Positions 33,552 through 46,708 of a stretch of 64,000 bases of DNA are shown in pieces. Position numbers and translations under genes: made by a program. The DNA is from Alphaproteobacteria bacterium (lineage in GTDB: Bacteria > Pseudomonadota > Alphaproteobacteria > UBA828). The stretch is from NCBI GenBank assembly GCA_965220745.1, contig CBDCQT010000005.1, positions 288,001 through 352,000 of the forward strand, in the 5' to 3' direction. How positions within the stretch are numbered: the stretch's first letter is position 1; each line of letters begins with the position of its first letter. A model generated the notes under the pieces. That model saw only the letters and a list, made by a program, of their open reading frames with translations. It was not told the DNA's origin and searched no databases.

Positions 33552-34460
33552 TCAGGCTGCCGGCACCACCGCGCCGTCCCAGCCCGCAGACGCGAGCACC
33601 CCTTTGTCGACGATCAGCCGCGCCGCCATGGTGGGTCGGGGCGAGGTGCCGATGCGGAGCTCGCCCACGATGCCGAGCAGCATGTACGCCTCGCGGCGCG
33701 AGAGCCCGGTCCAGCGCGAAACCAGACCGACCGCGGCGTCGGACGCGTCCTCGGTCGCGGCTTCGACCGAGGGGCCGTAGCCCACGATCTGCACCGTGCC
33801 GCCCAGCTCGAAGATCGGCCGCTCTACCGGGCTCGCCTTGTTCAGGGCGATGCGCGCCCGCACTCGTGCCGAGCACTCGACGCCGGTGCCGCTGATGATG
33901 CCATCGCTGATCGCAGCGTGCGGGTCGGCCATGAAGATCAGCGCGTCGTCGACCATCACCGGCAGGTGAACCCGCGCGCCGACACCCACGTCGCGCTGGT
34001 CGAAGTCGCCGCCGTAGGGCCCGGCGTGGGAGGGGCGGTAGCCTTCCGGCGGCATGGTCGACAGCGTGCCGAGATTGGGCGCGAGCGGGATCGCCACCCG
34101 GTCGCCGAACCAGGCCTGGCCGTCTCGGATCGGGCAGGCGACGATGGCGGGCTCCTCGAACTCCCCCTTGAGCACGCCGAAGTCGCGCAGCACCGCGTTG
34201 GCGCCCTCGCCGAAGGGCTCGATCGAGAGCAGGTCGATCTCTACCGAATCCCCCGGCCGCGCGCCGCGCACGGCGATCGGCCCGGTCACCGGCGCGAGCG
34301 GGTGCCCTTCGGACGCCGGCGTGAACGGCGTCGGCACCTCGGTAATGTCCTCGATGTCGTCGAAGGCGCCGTCCACCGTGACCTCGATCTCCGTGCCGGG
34401 GTCGATGGTCATTGCCGGCGGGGTCGAGGGGCCGACGGTGAAGAGATAGGTCTTGCCCAT
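33552..34460 (-). CDS. Acetamidase/formamidase family protein
   Basis: 'VTGPIAVRGARPGD', 'GPYGGDFD', 'LPVMVDDAL..ADPHAAISDG..SGTGVEC'. Confidence 0.82.
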   Translation of the reverse strand: MGKTYLFTVGPSTPPAMTIDPGTEIEVTVDGAFDDIEDITEVPTPFTPASEGHPLAPVTGPIAVRGARPGDSVEIDLLSIEPFGEGANAVLRDFGVLKGEFEEPAIVACPIRDGQAWFGDRVAIPLAPNLGTLSTMPPEGYRPSHAGPYGGDFDQRDVGVGARVHLPVMVDDALIFMADPHAAISDGIISGTGVECSARVRARIALNKASPVERPIFELGGTVQIVGYGPSVEAATEDASDAAVGLVSRWTGLSRREAYMLLGIVGELRIGTSPRPTMAARLIVDKGVLASAGWDGAVVPAA

Positions 34461-34481
34461 GTTCCTGCTCCAAGCGCCCGT

Positions 34482-35618
34482 TCAGCCGGCAAGCGCGGCG
34501 TCACGCTCCTGATGGAAATTGTGCAGCCCGATCTCGTTTCGGCCGAACACGATCTCATGCTGGATGCCGGCGGCGAGGTTCGCCTGCACGCCCTCCATCA
34601 CGGCGAAGTCCTCGTTGTCCAGCACGCCCAAAGCGAGCCGCATCATCTCCTCCCAGTCGCGGTTGGAGCGGTCTTCAGAGGGCGAGGCGAAGCTGAAGCG
34701 GCACACCGTGGTGTCGGGCCGTTCGGGGTCGGGGAAGAAGCGCGCAAGCTCCACGTGCGGTCCCTGGCTGATGAACACCGCATTGGGGAAGAGGCGATAG
34801 ACGATGGTCGCGTGCGGCACCACGCGCCAGGTCTCCGGGTCGTCGTTCCGCTGGTCAATGATGCTGCGGCGGGGCGCCACCAGCCGGGCGTGCCGGCCGC
34901 AGGCCTCGTAGAGAAAAACCGTGCCGAACAGCGTCTTGCCGATGGAGGCGCGGTGCAGGATGGGCACGTGGTAGTACTCGAGGAAGGTATCGACCCCGAG
35001 CTTCCAGTTCATCCGCTTGGTCCAGACGTGACTGCCGCGGTGGCGGTAGTCGGCGAGCCCGAAGGCCGCAAGCTCCGCACCGAAATCGCCGAGGACTTCG
35101 TCGAGGTCGAGCGTGCCGGCGGGGTCCAGCAGCAGCCAGACGAAGCCGTCGCGCTCCTCCGTGGGAAAGCGCACCAGGGCCTCTTCGCCGACGACGACAT
35201 CGGGGAAGTGCTCGGCCCCCGGCTGCGCCGTGAGCACGCCGCAGCGGTCGTAGGTCCAGTTGTGATAGGGGCAGACGAAGTGCTTGCCCAGTTGACCCGC
35301 ACCGTCGAGCAGGCGGGCGCCGCGGTGCCGGCACGTGTTCAGCAGGCCGCGTACCGTGCCCGCGTCGTCGCGGATCAGCATGACCGGCACGCCGGCGATG
35401 TCGAGCGTGAGGTAGTCGCCGGGCTCGGCGACCTCGCAGCCGAAGGCGACGGGCAGCGGCTGGCCGCGAAAGATCTTCTCGATCTCGTCTGCGAGCGCCG
35501 TCCGGCAGGTGTAGCGCCTGCCGTCTACGGCCATGGCGGTCTCGGCCTCGGGCAAGGCGCGTCGGTCGATACGGTCGAGCGCTTCGGCGGCGAGGCGGAG
35601 TTCGGTGTGGTGCTGCAA
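34482..35618 (-). CDS. Rieske non-heme iron oxygenase alpha subunit
   Basis: Rieske 'CRHRG...CPYHNWTYD'; mononuclear Fe 'NWKL...FLEYYHVPILH', 'NEDF'. Confidence 0.9.
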   Translation of the reverse strand: MQHHTELRLAAEALDRIDRRALPEAETAMAVDGRRYTCRTALADEIEKIFRGQPLPVAFGCEVAEPGDYLTLDIAGVPVMLIRDDAGTVRGLLNTCRHRGARLLDGAGQLGKHFVCPYHNWTYDRCGVLTAQPGAEHFPDVVVGEEALVRFPTEERDGFVWLLLDPAGTLDLDEVLGDFGAELAAFGLADYRHRGSHVWTKRMNWKLGVDTFLEYYHVPILHRASIGKTLFGTVFLYEACGRHARLVAPRRSIIDQRNDDPETWRVVPHATIVYRLFPNAVFISQGPHVELARFFPDPERPDTTVCRFSFASPSEDRSNRDWEEMMRLALGVLDNEDFAVMEGVQANLAAGIQHEIVFGRNEIGLHNFHQERDAALAG

Positions 35619-35899
35619 CGGTTCCTCTCTGCGGTCGTGTCTCCGCCTATACTAGCCCATTGCGGGGTTCGCGACGCCACCCGCGCGGCGGCGTGGGCGC
35701 GATGCCGTGGGTGCGGCCGTCCATCGCCTGAATTACGGACGCTGCGCCAACGACTTACGCGACACCCGAGGCGATTCGACCCGATTGGTAGGTTCGGCTA
35801 TAGTGGATCGATGGAAAAGCGAAGCGACGCCACTCTCTTCGCTCTATTGCGCTGTCATCCAAGATCGTTCGCGACTCTCATTATGTGAGGGCGGAACTC

Positions 35900-36952
35900 A
35901 TGGTGGCGACCCCAATCCCCCGCAAAATCGTTGGATGGTCGACAATCGTCGGTGCCTTGGCTTTGGCAATGGTCGGCGCGACTTTTTCGCTCGCCAGCAC
36001 CACCGATGTAGACGCCGAAGTCGTGGAGATGATTCCGGATACCGACGAACAGTTGACGCAAAGTGAGCTTCGCTGGTGCATCTTCGAATCCGCCAGACTG
36101 GACGGAGAAATCGAAGAGCTGGATGCGCGGTTAGTCTGGGAAGTCGAAAACTATAATGTGCGGTCAAGGGCCTATCAGGAGCAGTGCTCAAAGAAGAAAT
36201 TCAGCGAGGGAGACAAGTCCGCGATCGAAGATGAGTTGACGCCTGCCAGGCGTCTCTCTCTCAAGGAGCAGGGCGCCGCGCGGGTCACGGACGCCCGCGC
36301 CGAGCGGGAGAACCGGCGCGTTCACGTCAAGGAGCACGTCGCGCGCGTGCTCGCGGCGCCGGAACATTCCGCCGAGGAACTCGGCCGCGTTTCGCAATGG
36401 GGCGACCTCATTGCCACCGGCCGGGAGCAAGGGCCCTGGCACGAGGTCGAGTGGCCCGCTGCGGCTCCGGGACAGGCGCCGGCTGCCGGATGGGTGCTGG
36501 GCGGTCTCCTGGGCCGCGGTGCCGGGACCGACGGTCGCTTCGCCTACTGCGAGCAGCGCGCAGGCGATCGCGCGACTCACAACGATGTCTTGAGGAGGGA
36601 CATTGATCTTCACACGATCAGCTCGTTTACGGTCGAGAACGGCCTGGAAGACAATGCCTACGTGAAGCTGGTTCGCGAGCAGGATAACGCGGTGGTTTCC
36701 TTGTTTGTCGCGGCGAAGCAAACGGGGTCGTTGATCGGATTACCGACAGGTTCCTATGAAATCGTCTTCGCGACAGGCTCCTATTTCAGCCGGGGCTGCG
36801 ATTCGTTCTCTCAACGGGGCACTGCCCAAAGATTCCCGAACCGAATTGACTATGGTCATCGCGCTGTTGTTTGGACTCTCTCGCTTCAGAAAGAGGAGGA
36901 CGGAAACGCGCGTGCAGATTCGATGAGCTACGATGAATTCGACAGGCTTTAG
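35900..36952 (+). CDS. Hypothetical exported/membrane-anchored protein, possible SH3-like middle domain
   Basis: Long ORF with hydrophobic N-terminus, four Cys, visibly lower GC3 than neighbours; no family recognised. Confidence 0.6.
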   Translation: MVATPIPRKIVGWSTIVGALALAMVGATFSLASTTDVDAEVVEMIPDTDEQLTQSELRWCIFESARLDGEIEELDARLVWEVENYNVRSRAYQEQCSKKKFSEGDKSAIEDELTPARRLSLKEQGAARVTDARAERENRRVHVKEHVARVLAAPEHSAEELGRVSQWGDLIATGREQGPWHEVEWPAAAPGQAPAAGWVLGGLLGRGAGTDGRFAYCEQRAGDRATHNDVLRRDIDLHTISSFTVENGLEDNAYVKLVREQDNAVVSLFVAAKQTGSLIGLPTGSYEIVFATGSYFSRGCDSFSQRGTAQRFPNRIDYGHRAVVWTLSLQKEEDGNARADSMSYDEFDRL

Positions 36953-37167
36953 TGGCCTGCATTTGTTGCGCACAAAACCAACCGTTCTCGCGAGTTCATA
37001 AGAAGATAGGTCTTGGCACAAATGGCGCGAACTATTGGACGCGCCTGACTTGTCCACTTTCAAATTCACCCATACCGCTCGTAGAATCGTGACCAGCGAA
37101 TCGTGTCGCCGGAAAGGGCTGTCGCAGCCACGGACGATTGGGGCCGCGCGGCCGCCGGGAGTGGAGC

Positions 37168-38337
37168 ATGACCGAATCCCCGGAAACTCAAGACCTTGCC
37201 ATCACCCTCGGCGTCGAGGAGGAGTTTTTTCTCGTCGATCCCGAGTCCCGCGACCTCGTCGCCGATCCGGACGAGGGCATTTTCGAGGCCTGCGAGCGGA
37301 GCGGCGGGCCGCACAAGGTCGTCCACGAGTTCCTGCGCTCCCAGATCGAGACCAACACGCGGGTGTGCGGCTCGGTGGCCGATGTGCGCGAGGCGCTGAG
37401 CGAGACCCGGCAGCTGGTCGTCGAGGCGGCGGAGGCGCACGGCGCGCGGGTGATGGCCGCCTCCACTCATCCCTTCGCCTCATGGCGGGAGCAGGCGCCC
37501 ACGCCCGGCGAGCGCTACAGGCGGTTCGCCTCCACGTATCAGGAGAGCGTGCGCCGCGCCCTCGTCGGCGGCATGCACATTCACGCGGGCTTCGGCGATG
37601 AGGACTCGCGCATCCGGGTGATGACGGCGCTCAGGCGCTACCTGCCGTTTCTCCATGCGCTCTCCGCCTCCTCGCCGTTCAACGGCGGGCACGAGACCGG
37701 GTTCAAGTCCTTTCGACTGACGATGATGGGCGCCCTGCCGCGCACCGGCCTGCCCAGCCCGCTGCACTCGCGGGCCGAGTACGAGCGGCTCGTCGCCGAG
37801 TATCTGCGCATGGACTACATCGGCGATGCCCGAGAGCTCTGGTGGGACATTCGCCCGGCCAGCGCATTTCCCACCATCGAATTGCGCATCTGCGACGTGT
37901 GCACGCGCCTGGAAGACGCGGTGAGCGTCGCGGCGCTCTACGCCTCTCTCATCCGCTGGCTCCTGCGGCACGACCGCGACGGCACGCTGCCGCCCGAGCC
38001 GCACACCGAGCTCATATTCCAGGATCGCTGGATCGCCCAGCGCTACGGCGTATTGGCCTTCTTCGGCGACCGGGCCTCCGGCAGCGGACGGATCGACATC
38101 GACGACTATGCGGCGGGGCTGGTGGAGGTGCTCGCGGACGACGCCCGTGCGCTCGGCTGCGAGGCGGAGGTGCGCCGCGCGCTCACCATCGTGAGAGACG
38201 GGACCGGTGCCGACCGCCAGATCGATCTCTACCGCCTGCGCCGCCTTGAGGGCGACAGCGAGGCGGAGGCCTTGCACCGCGTGGTGGATCAGGTGTTGGC
38301 CGAGACGAACGAGGGACTCGGGGACGGCGGCGGGTGA
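37168..38337 (+). CDS. Carboxylate-amine ligase (YbdK/GCS2 family)
   Basis: 'TLGVEEEFFLVD', 'GMHIH', 'ALSASSPF', 'LWWDIRP...PTIELRICD'. Confidence 0.92.
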   Translation: MTESPETQDLAITLGVEEEFFLVDPESRDLVADPDEGIFEACERSGGPHKVVHEFLRSQIETNTRVCGSVADVREALSETRQLVVEAAEAHGARVMAASTHPFASWREQAPTPGERYRRFASTYQESVRRALVGGMHIHAGFGDEDSRIRVMTALRRYLPFLHALSASSPFNGGHETGFKSFRLTMMGALPRTGLPSPLHSRAEYERLVAEYLRMDYIGDARELWWDIRPASAFPTIELRICDVCTRLEDAVSVAALYASLIRWLLRHDRDGTLPPEPHTELIFQDRWIAQRYGVLAFFGDRASGSGRIDIDDYAAGLVEVLADDARALGCEAEVRRALTIVRDGTGADRQIDLYRLRRLEGDSEAEALHRVVDQVLAETNEGLGDGGG

Positions 38338-38613
38338 GGGAGCTTCTGCTATCCCTTGGTTGCACCCTTGAGCACCGCCTGGGCGAGCAGCGCCTCGCGC
38401 CAGAGCGCGACCAGCCCCTTCTGGTCGAGATACCTGGGGTGGAGGCTCCAGAGGCGCATTCTCTGACAATTGAGCTCGACGAACGGCGCCGCAAGCAACC
38501 ATGTGTGGTAGAAAGGTGCCGATCACCCACAACATGTCGTGCGATCGTTGGCAGGCGCACGGCGGCTCCCTATAGTATGTGTCGGCGCCACCACGCGATC
38601 GCTGCACCGTTCA

Positions 38614-40701
38614 ATGGCCGATAACCTCGATCTCTTCGCAGGGCTCGACGCGACCGCCCCCGCAAAAAAGGGCAAGCCTGCGCGCAAGGCCGCGCGGAAG
38701 GCGCCGGGCGCCACTGGCCGGCGGTCCAAGGCAAGGGCGCCGGCGCCCGAGCCCGCGCCGCCCGCCAACGGCGACTACACCGCGCACGACATCGAGATTC
38801 TGGAAGGGCTGGAGCCGGTGCGCCGCCGACCCGGCATGTATGTCGGCGGCACCGATCAGCGGGCGCTGCACCATCTGCTCGCCGAGCTCATCGACAACGC
38901 GATGGACGAGGCGATCGCCGGCCACGCGAGCCGGATCGAGATCGCGCTGCACGGCGACGGCTCGGCCTCGGTCAAGGACAACGGTCGGGGCATCCCCGTC
39001 GACCCGCACCCCAAGTACGAGAACGTCTCGGCGCTGCAGGTGATCCTGACCACGCTGCACTCGGGCGGCAAGTTCGGCGACAAGGTGTACGCGACCTCGG
39101 GCGGCCTGCACGGGGTCGGCCTCTCGGTGGTCAACGCGCTCTCGGACGCGCTGACGGTGGAGGTCGCACGCGACAAGCGGCTCTGGCGGCAGTCCTACGC
39201 GCGGGGGCTGCCGAGCGGCCCGCTGGAGGACGCGGGCCCCGTCACCAACCGGCGCGGCACGCTCGTGCGCTTCCACCCGGACCCCGAGATCTTTGGCGAC
39301 GGCGTCCGCTTCGGACCCCATGCGCTCTTCGAGATGGCGCGGACCCGCGCCTACCTCTACCGCGGGGTCGAGATTCGCTGGTCGTGCGACGCGGCGTTGC
39401 TCGCCGGCGGCAGCGCGGTGCCGGAGACGGCGGTCCTGCACTATCCGGGCGGCCTGGTCGACTATCTGAGTGCCACCCTCGGCAAGCGCCACACGCTGAC
39501 GCCCGCGCCCTTCGCGGGCCAAGGCACGCTCAACGGCGATTCCGGGCGCATCGAGTGGGCGCTGGCCTGGCCGGAGGACGAGGAGGGCTTCGTCGCCTCC
39601 CACTGCAACACGGTGCCGACCAGCCAGGGCGGCAGCCACGAGGCCGGAATGCGGTCCGCTCTCGTGCGCGGGCTCAAGGGCTACGGCGCGCTCGTGGGCA
39701 ACAAGCGCACCGCCCAGCTCACCGCCGACGACGTGACCGGCGGCGCCTGCGCGCTGCTCTCGGTGTTCCTGCGCGACCCGCAGTTCCAGGGGCAGACCAA
39801 GGAGCGGCTCACCTCGCCCGAGGCCGGCCGCCTGGTGGAGAACGCCCTCGGCGATCACTTCGACCATTGGCTCTCGGCCGATCCCACCGCCGCCAACCTC
39901 TTGCTCGAGCGCGTGGTCGAGCGTGCCGAGGAGCGGCTCCGGCGCCGGAAGGACCGCGAGGTCGCCCGCAAGCGCGCGGCCCGCAAGACCCGGCTGCCGG
40001 GCAAGCTCGCCGATTGCGCGCGCGAGGCGGCGGACGGCACCGAGATCTTTCTGGTCGAGGGCGATTCAGCGGGGGGCTCGGCCAAGCAGGCGCGCAACCG
40101 CGAGACGCAGGCCGTGCTGCCGCTACGAGGCAAGATCCTCAACGTGGCGAGCGCCAGCGCCGACAAGCTGCGCGGCAACAAGGAGCTCGACGATCTGGTC
40201 CAGGCCCTGGGGTGCGGCACGGGCGCGCGCTTCGATGCGGGCGCGCTCCGCTACGAGCGGGTCGTCATCATGACCGATGCGGACGTGGACGGCGCCCACA
40301 TCGCCGCGCTGCTGATGACGTTCTTCTACCGACAGATGCCGGGGCTCATCGACGCCGGGCACCTCTTCCTGGCGCAGCCGCCGCTCTATCGCCTGGCGCG
40401 CGGCGGCACCACCCGCTATGCCCGCGACGACGCCGACCGCGACCGGCTGCTGGAGAGCGATTTCGCCGGCGCCGGCAAGGTCGAGATCAGCCGCTTCAAG
40501 GGGCTCGGCGAGATGCCGCCGGCTCAGCTCAAGGAGACCACCATGGACCCGGCGCGGCGCACGCTGCTGCGCGTCGAGGTCGCCGAGGACGCAGGCACGG
40601 CCACGGCGCGCCGGGTCGAGGAGCTGATGGGCCGCCGTCCCGAATCCCGCCTCGCCTTCATCCAGACTCACGCCGACCGGGTGACCGCGCTCGACCTGTG
40701 A
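38614..40701 (+). CDS. parE: DNA topoisomerase IV subunit B
   Basis: 'LEGLEPVRRRPGMY', 'IDNAMDEA', 'LHSGGKF', 'EIFLVEGDSAGGSAKQAR', 'MTDADVDGAHI', 'RFKGLGEM'; short ParE-type C-terminus. Confidence 0.93.
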   Translation: MADNLDLFAGLDATAPAKKGKPARKAARKAPGATGRRSKARAPAPEPAPPANGDYTAHDIEILEGLEPVRRRPGMYVGGTDQRALHHLLAELIDNAMDEAIAGHASRIEIALHGDGSASVKDNGRGIPVDPHPKYENVSALQVILTTLHSGGKFGDKVYATSGGLHGVGLSVVNALSDALTVEVARDKRLWRQSYARGLPSGPLEDAGPVTNRRGTLVRFHPDPEIFGDGVRFGPHALFEMARTRAYLYRGVEIRWSCDAALLAGGSAVPETAVLHYPGGLVDYLSATLGKRHTLTPAPFAGQGTLNGDSGRIEWALAWPEDEEGFVASHCNTVPTSQGGSHEAGMRSALVRGLKGYGALVGNKRTAQLTADDVTGGACALLSVFLRDPQFQGQTKERLTSPEAGRLVENALGDHFDHWLSADPTAANLLLERVVERAEERLRRRKDREVARKRAARKTRLPGKLADCAREAADGTEIFLVEGDSAGGSAKQARNRETQAVLPLRGKILNVASASADKLRGNKELDDLVQALGCGTGARFDAGALRYERVVIMTDADVDGAHIAALLMTFFYRQMPGLIDAGHLFLAQPPLYRLARGGTTRYARDDADRDRLLESDFAGAGKVEISRFKGLGEMPPAQLKETTMDPARRTLLRVEVAEDAGTATARRVEELMGRRPESRLAFIQTHADRVTALDL

Positions 40702-40719
40702 GGGCGCGCGGGCGCGCCT

Positions 40720-40830
40720 GTCTTATCGCTCACGGCAGCCGGCCTTTGGCCGGCGCCTCCGCGAGGGCGCCGCTTAAGCGGCGGGCCGCGGAGGCGGCCT
40801 GTCGCGCGTTCGTCAGCGACGAACGCGCTC
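40720..40830 (+). repeat. Structured dispersed repeat, copy 3 (lacks the first hairpin)
   Basis: TTATCGCTCACGGCAGCCGGCC...GCGCGTTCGTC-AGC-GACGAACGCGC. Confidence 0.85.
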
Positions 40831-40845
40831 CACGCTCGGGCTGGG

Positions 40846-41820
40846 TCAGAAGTCGGCAGTGACGCGGCCGTCCTGGAGCAGCACCTGGAACGCCTGGAAG
40901 GTCTCGGCGGTGCCATCCTCCAGAGAAATTGCACCGTAGTCGCCGATATGTGCACGCAGCAGCGCATCCTGGTCCTCCATCGGGAAGGGCAGAGGATCGC
41001 CGCTCGCCCGCACCCGCGCGCCGGGAGCAAGCCGTCGGATCGCGTCCAGCCCATCCTCGATCGGGGTGACGGTCCCGTTACAGTCGAAGGCAGGTGCGCC
41101 GTCGCCGTCCCGCGAGATGGCCTGGAGGAAGGCTGCCGCGACCTCGCCCGCGTAGAGATATGAGATCGACCCGGTGAAGGGCACCTCGTAGTCGCGCCCG
41201 GCTGCCGCTGCCAGGATCGCGACCGTGGTCTTCGACGTCATGCCCTGGTCGCGGCCGACGCCGTAGACGATGCCGGGTCGGAGCCCGATGCTCGGCACCG
41301 CCCAGTCCTGCCAGTAGGTCCGGGCGATCGCTTCGTCGCAGGCCTTGTAGGCGCCATAGAGGGTGGAGGCGTAGCCGCTCTCCGCCGGCGCGCCGTGGGC
41401 GGCGATGGAGCTCGCGTAGGCAAGGCGGTGCACGCCATGGCGCCGGGCCGCCTCGAACACGGCCACCGTGCCGACCACGTTGACGCGAGCGCCTGCGACG
41501 GGGTCCGCCTTGCAGAAGGGCACCTGCAGGGCCGCGAGGTGCAGGATCGCCCCGATCCCGTGCTCCTCCACCACCCGATCGACGGCCTCGGCATCGGCAA
41601 TATCCCCCTCCACCCAGGTTACTTGTGCGAGCTCTTCCTCCGACATCAAGAGTCCAGGCCGGCGGCGGCTCGAGTCGAGGTCGAAGGAGACGGCGGGCAC
41701 GCCGGCACGCACGAGGATCGCGAGCGCCCAGCTCCCGATGCAGCCGCTGGAGCCGGTCACCAGCACCGGCCGGTCGAAATCCTCCTTGCGCGCGGTGAAG
41801 CGGCTGTTCAGCGAGTCCAT
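40846..41820 (-). CDS. NAD-dependent epimerase/dehydratase
   Basis: 'VTGSSGCIG', 'HLAALQVP', 'LYGAYK'. Confidence 0.87.
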   Translation of the reverse strand: MDSLNSRFTARKEDFDRPVLVTGSSGCIGSWALAILVRAGVPAVSFDLDSSRRRPGLLMSEEELAQVTWVEGDIADAEAVDRVVEEHGIGAILHLAALQVPFCKADPVAGARVNVVGTVAVFEAARRHGVHRLAYASSIAAHGAPAESGYASTLYGAYKACDEAIARTYWQDWAVPSIGLRPGIVYGVGRDQGMTSKTTVAILAAAAGRDYEVPFTGSISYLYAGEVAAAFLQAISRDGDGAPAFDCNGTVTPIEDGLDAIRRLAPGARVRASGDPLPFPMEDQDALLRAHIGDYGAISLEDGTAETFQAFQVLLQDGRVTADF

Positions 41821-41981
41821 GGCTCTCACTCGGTGGTGTGGAGGGGTCGCATGGCGAGGCGCGGAGTCTTGCACGCGATGGGGACTGCGGCCAACGGCCA
41901 CCCGTGCGGGTCTGTTTCCAGATGTAGCCCGTGGCTATCATCGCGCTGCTTGTGCTTTCGGCTCGTGAGGGAAGTGGAGTC

Positions 41982-42908
41982 ATGACGGAAACCTCGGCGG
42001 CGCGGCGCAAGACGATCGTCCTCCTCGACGGCGGTGTCGGGCAGGAGCTCTATCGCCGGAGCACGCGGCCAGCGGCGCCGCTCTGGTCCGTCCAGGTGAT
42101 GATGGACGAGCCGCACCTCGTCGAGGCCGTGCATCTCGACTTCATCGAGGCCGGCGCGCGGATCATCACGGTCAACACCTACACGGCGACGCCCCACAGG
42201 CTCACCCGCGAGGGCTTGCCCGACAAGTTCGAGGCCCTGCAGTGTGCCGCCTTCGCCGCAGCGGCTTCCGCCCGCGAGAAGAGCGGGCAGGCGGTCAGGA
42301 TCGCCGGCTGTCTGCCGCCGCTGGTCGGGAGCTACAGAGCGGATCTGACGCCGCCGGAGGACGAATGCCTCGCGAACTACCGCAGAATCGTCGCGGTGCA
42401 GGCTGACCACGTGGATCTGTTCCTGTGCGAGACCATGCTGTCCGCAGCGGAGGCACGCGCGGCGACGGTGGCCGCGGCCGAGAGCGGCAAGCCAGTCTGG
42501 ACGGCGCTCTCGGTCGACGATGCCGACGGCTCCGTGCTGCGCTCGGGCGAGGGGGTTGCCGAAGGAGCACGGGCCGCCGTAGATGCGGGCGCAGACGCGG
42601 TGCTGATCAATTGCTCCAGCCCCGAGGCGGTGGCCACCGCCATGCCGCTGCTGGCCGGCATCGGCGTTCCCTTCGGCGGCTACGCCAACGGCTTCGTCTC
42701 CATAGCCGCGATGCAGCCGGGCGGAACCGTCGAGGCATTGAAGGCGCGCGACGACTTGGGCCCTGCAACCTACGCCGACCACGCGATGGGCTGGATCGCC
42801 TCGGGCGCCGCCATCGTCGGCGGCTGCTGCGAGATCGGGCCCGGCCATATCGCCGCGCTCGGCCAGCGGCTCGCGGCGGAAGGGCACGACGTGGCAGCCG
42901 CGCTCTAA
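41982..42908 (+). CDS. Homocysteine S-methyltransferase family protein
   Basis: '[10 protein letters not shown]', 'INCSSPE', 'GYANGF', '[10 protein letters not shown]'. Confidence 0.9.
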   Translation: MTETSAARRKTIVLLDGGVGQELYRRSTRPAAPLWSVQVMMDEPHLVEAVHLDFIEAGARIITVNTYTATPHRLTREGLPDKFEALQCAAFAAAASAREKSGQAVRIAGCLPPLVGSYRADLTPPEDECLANYRRIVAVQADHVDLFLCETMLSAAEARAATVAAAESGKPVWTALSVDDADGSVLRSGEGVAEGARAAVDAGADAVLINCSSPEAVATAMPLLAGIGVPFGGYANGFVSIAAMQPGGTVEALKARDDLGPATYADHAMGWIASGAAIVGGCCEIGPGHIAALGQRLAAEGHDVAAAL

Positions 42909-43897
42909 GCCAGAGCAGCGCTCGCTTCGGCGGTGATCTCGTAGGAGCGCAGACGGGCCGCGGGATCGTGGATGTTGGAGGTCACCATGATCTCGTCGAC
43001 GCCGGTGTGCTTCGCGAATGTCGCGAGGCGCTCCGCCACAAGTTCGGGCGTGCCCGAGGCCGAACAGGTGAACCAGCGTTTCAGGATGGACTGTTCCTGC
43101 GCATCCAGGCCGGCCTCGAAGTCTCGCACCGGGCGGGGCAGGGGGCCCGGCACGCCCCGGTGCAGGTTGAGCACCGATTGCTGGGCCGAGCTCCGCACGT
43201 AAGCCGCCTCATCGTCGCTATCGGCGGCGAAAACATTGAACCCCGCCATCACGTAGGGTGCGTCGCACTGTTCCGAGGGGCGGAACTGCTCGTGGTAGAC
43301 CTCGATCGCCTGCATCAGCGCGGCGGGCGCGAAGTGCGACGCGAAACCGTAGGGCAGCCCCAGCGCAGCGGCGAGCTGGGCGCCGAAGAGGCTTGAGCCC
43401 AAGATCCAGATCGGCACGTTGAGGCCCGCCCCCGGCACCGCCCGCACGCGCCGCCCCGGCTCCGATGGCTGGAAATAGCTCTGCAGCTCCACCACGTCGC
43501 GCGGGAAGTCGTTGACGTCCCCGGTGAGCGTGCGCCTGAGCGCGTGGGACGTCATCTGGTCCGTTCCCGGCGCGCGGCCGATGCCGAGGTCGATCCGGCC
43601 CGGATAAAGCGATTCCAGGGTGCCGAACTGCTCGGCGATCACCAGCGGCGCGTGGTTGGGGAGCATGATGCCGCCGGCGCCGACGCGAATGGTCTCGGTG
43701 GCGCCCGCGACGTGGCCGATCAGCACCGCCGTTGCGGCGCTGCCGATCCCGGCCATGTTGTGATGCTCTGCCAGCCAATAGCGACGGAAGCCCAGGCGCT
43801 CCACGTGGCGCGCGAGGCCCACCGTGTTGCGGAAGGCCTGCGCCGCGTCCGCGCCTTCCGGGATCGGCGAAAGATCGAGAACCGAGAGAGCGACCAT
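42905..43897 (-). CDS. LLM-class flavin-dependent oxidoreductase (YhbW-like)
   Basis: 'LSVLDLSP', 'YWLAEHHN', '[11 protein letters not shown]', '[11 protein letters not shown]', 'ILGSS'. Confidence 0.9.
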   Translation of the reverse strand: MVALSVLDLSPIPEGADAAQAFRNTVGLARHVERLGFRRYWLAEHHNMAGIGSAATAVLIGHVAGATETIRVGAGGIMLPNHAPLVIAEQFGTLESLYPGRIDLGIGRAPGTDQMTSHALRRTLTGDVNDFPRDVVELQSYFQPSEPGRRVRAVPGAGLNVPIWILGSSLFGAQLAAALGLPYGFASHFAPAALMQAIEVYHEQFRPSEQCDAPYVMAGFNVFAADSDDEAAYVRSSAQQSVLNLHRGVPGPLPRPVRDFEAGLDAQEQSILKRWFTCSASGTPELVAERLATFAKHTGVDEIMVTSNIHDPAARLRSYEITAEASAALA

Positions 43898-43919
43898 GGA
43901 CCGGGCGTCGTGCCTCGCT

Positions 43920-46085
<2,166 letters not shown>

Positions 46086-46204
46086 GGCGCACTATATGGC
46101 TGCCCCAAGCCCGGACGCCAGAGGGCGCTTTTGAGGGTCCTGCCGTTCTGGACAAACGCCATTGTCGGGCCGATAGTGCGGGCCGATTGCCCCGGAGGAT
46201 GTGG

Positions 46205-46597
46205 ATGTATCAGAAGGAAACGCGCGCCATTGAAATCACGGTCAAGCCGTTCTATCTGGAGGAGCAGTCCGAGCCCGACGACAGCCACTTCGTATTCGCC
46301 TATCACATCCGGATCCAGAACAACGGCGGGGACGTGGTTCAGCTCTTGAACCGCTATTGGCAAATCACTGACGGCCTCGGCCGCATCCAGGAGGTGCGGG
46401 GGCCCGGAGTCGTCGGCGAGCAGCCGGTGCTGCGGCCGGGGGAAGCGTTCGAGTACACGAGCGGATGCCCGCTCAACACCGCGACCGGCATCATGGTCGG
46501 CACCTATGAGATGGAAACGCTGGACGGCGAGCGCTTCGATGTGGATATTCCCGCATTCTCGCTCGACGCGCCGGATGCGCCCGTGCGGCTCAACTGA
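46205..46597 (+). CDS. apaG: ApaG protein
   Basis: 'FAYHIRIQN', 'RYWQITDG', 'GPGVVGEQP', 'YTSGCPL'. Confidence 0.94.
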   Translation: MYQKETRAIEITVKPFYLEEQSEPDDSHFVFAYHIRIQNNGGDVVQLLNRYWQITDGLGRIQEVRGPGVVGEQPVLRPGEAFEYTSGCPLNTATGIMVGTYEMETLDGERFDVDIPAFSLDAPDAPVRLN

Positions 46598-46708
46598 GAT
46601 CGCGCAGCCGCCGGTACGCTGACCAGACAGCCGAACGACGCCGAGACCGCCCCGCTGCGGTCTCGCAGTACCGTACAGCCGGCCCGGAGCCGGAGAAGGA
46701 GACCGCCT

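Noticed and set aside
38334-38624. 96-aa ORF between ybdK and parE
   Set aside because: No recognisable motif, atypical codon usage and overlap with the probable parE promoter
41825-41980. Possible SAM riboswitch upstream of the homocysteine S-methyltransferase
   Set aside because: No recognisable SAM-II/SAM-SAH consensus; an Rfam scan would be needed
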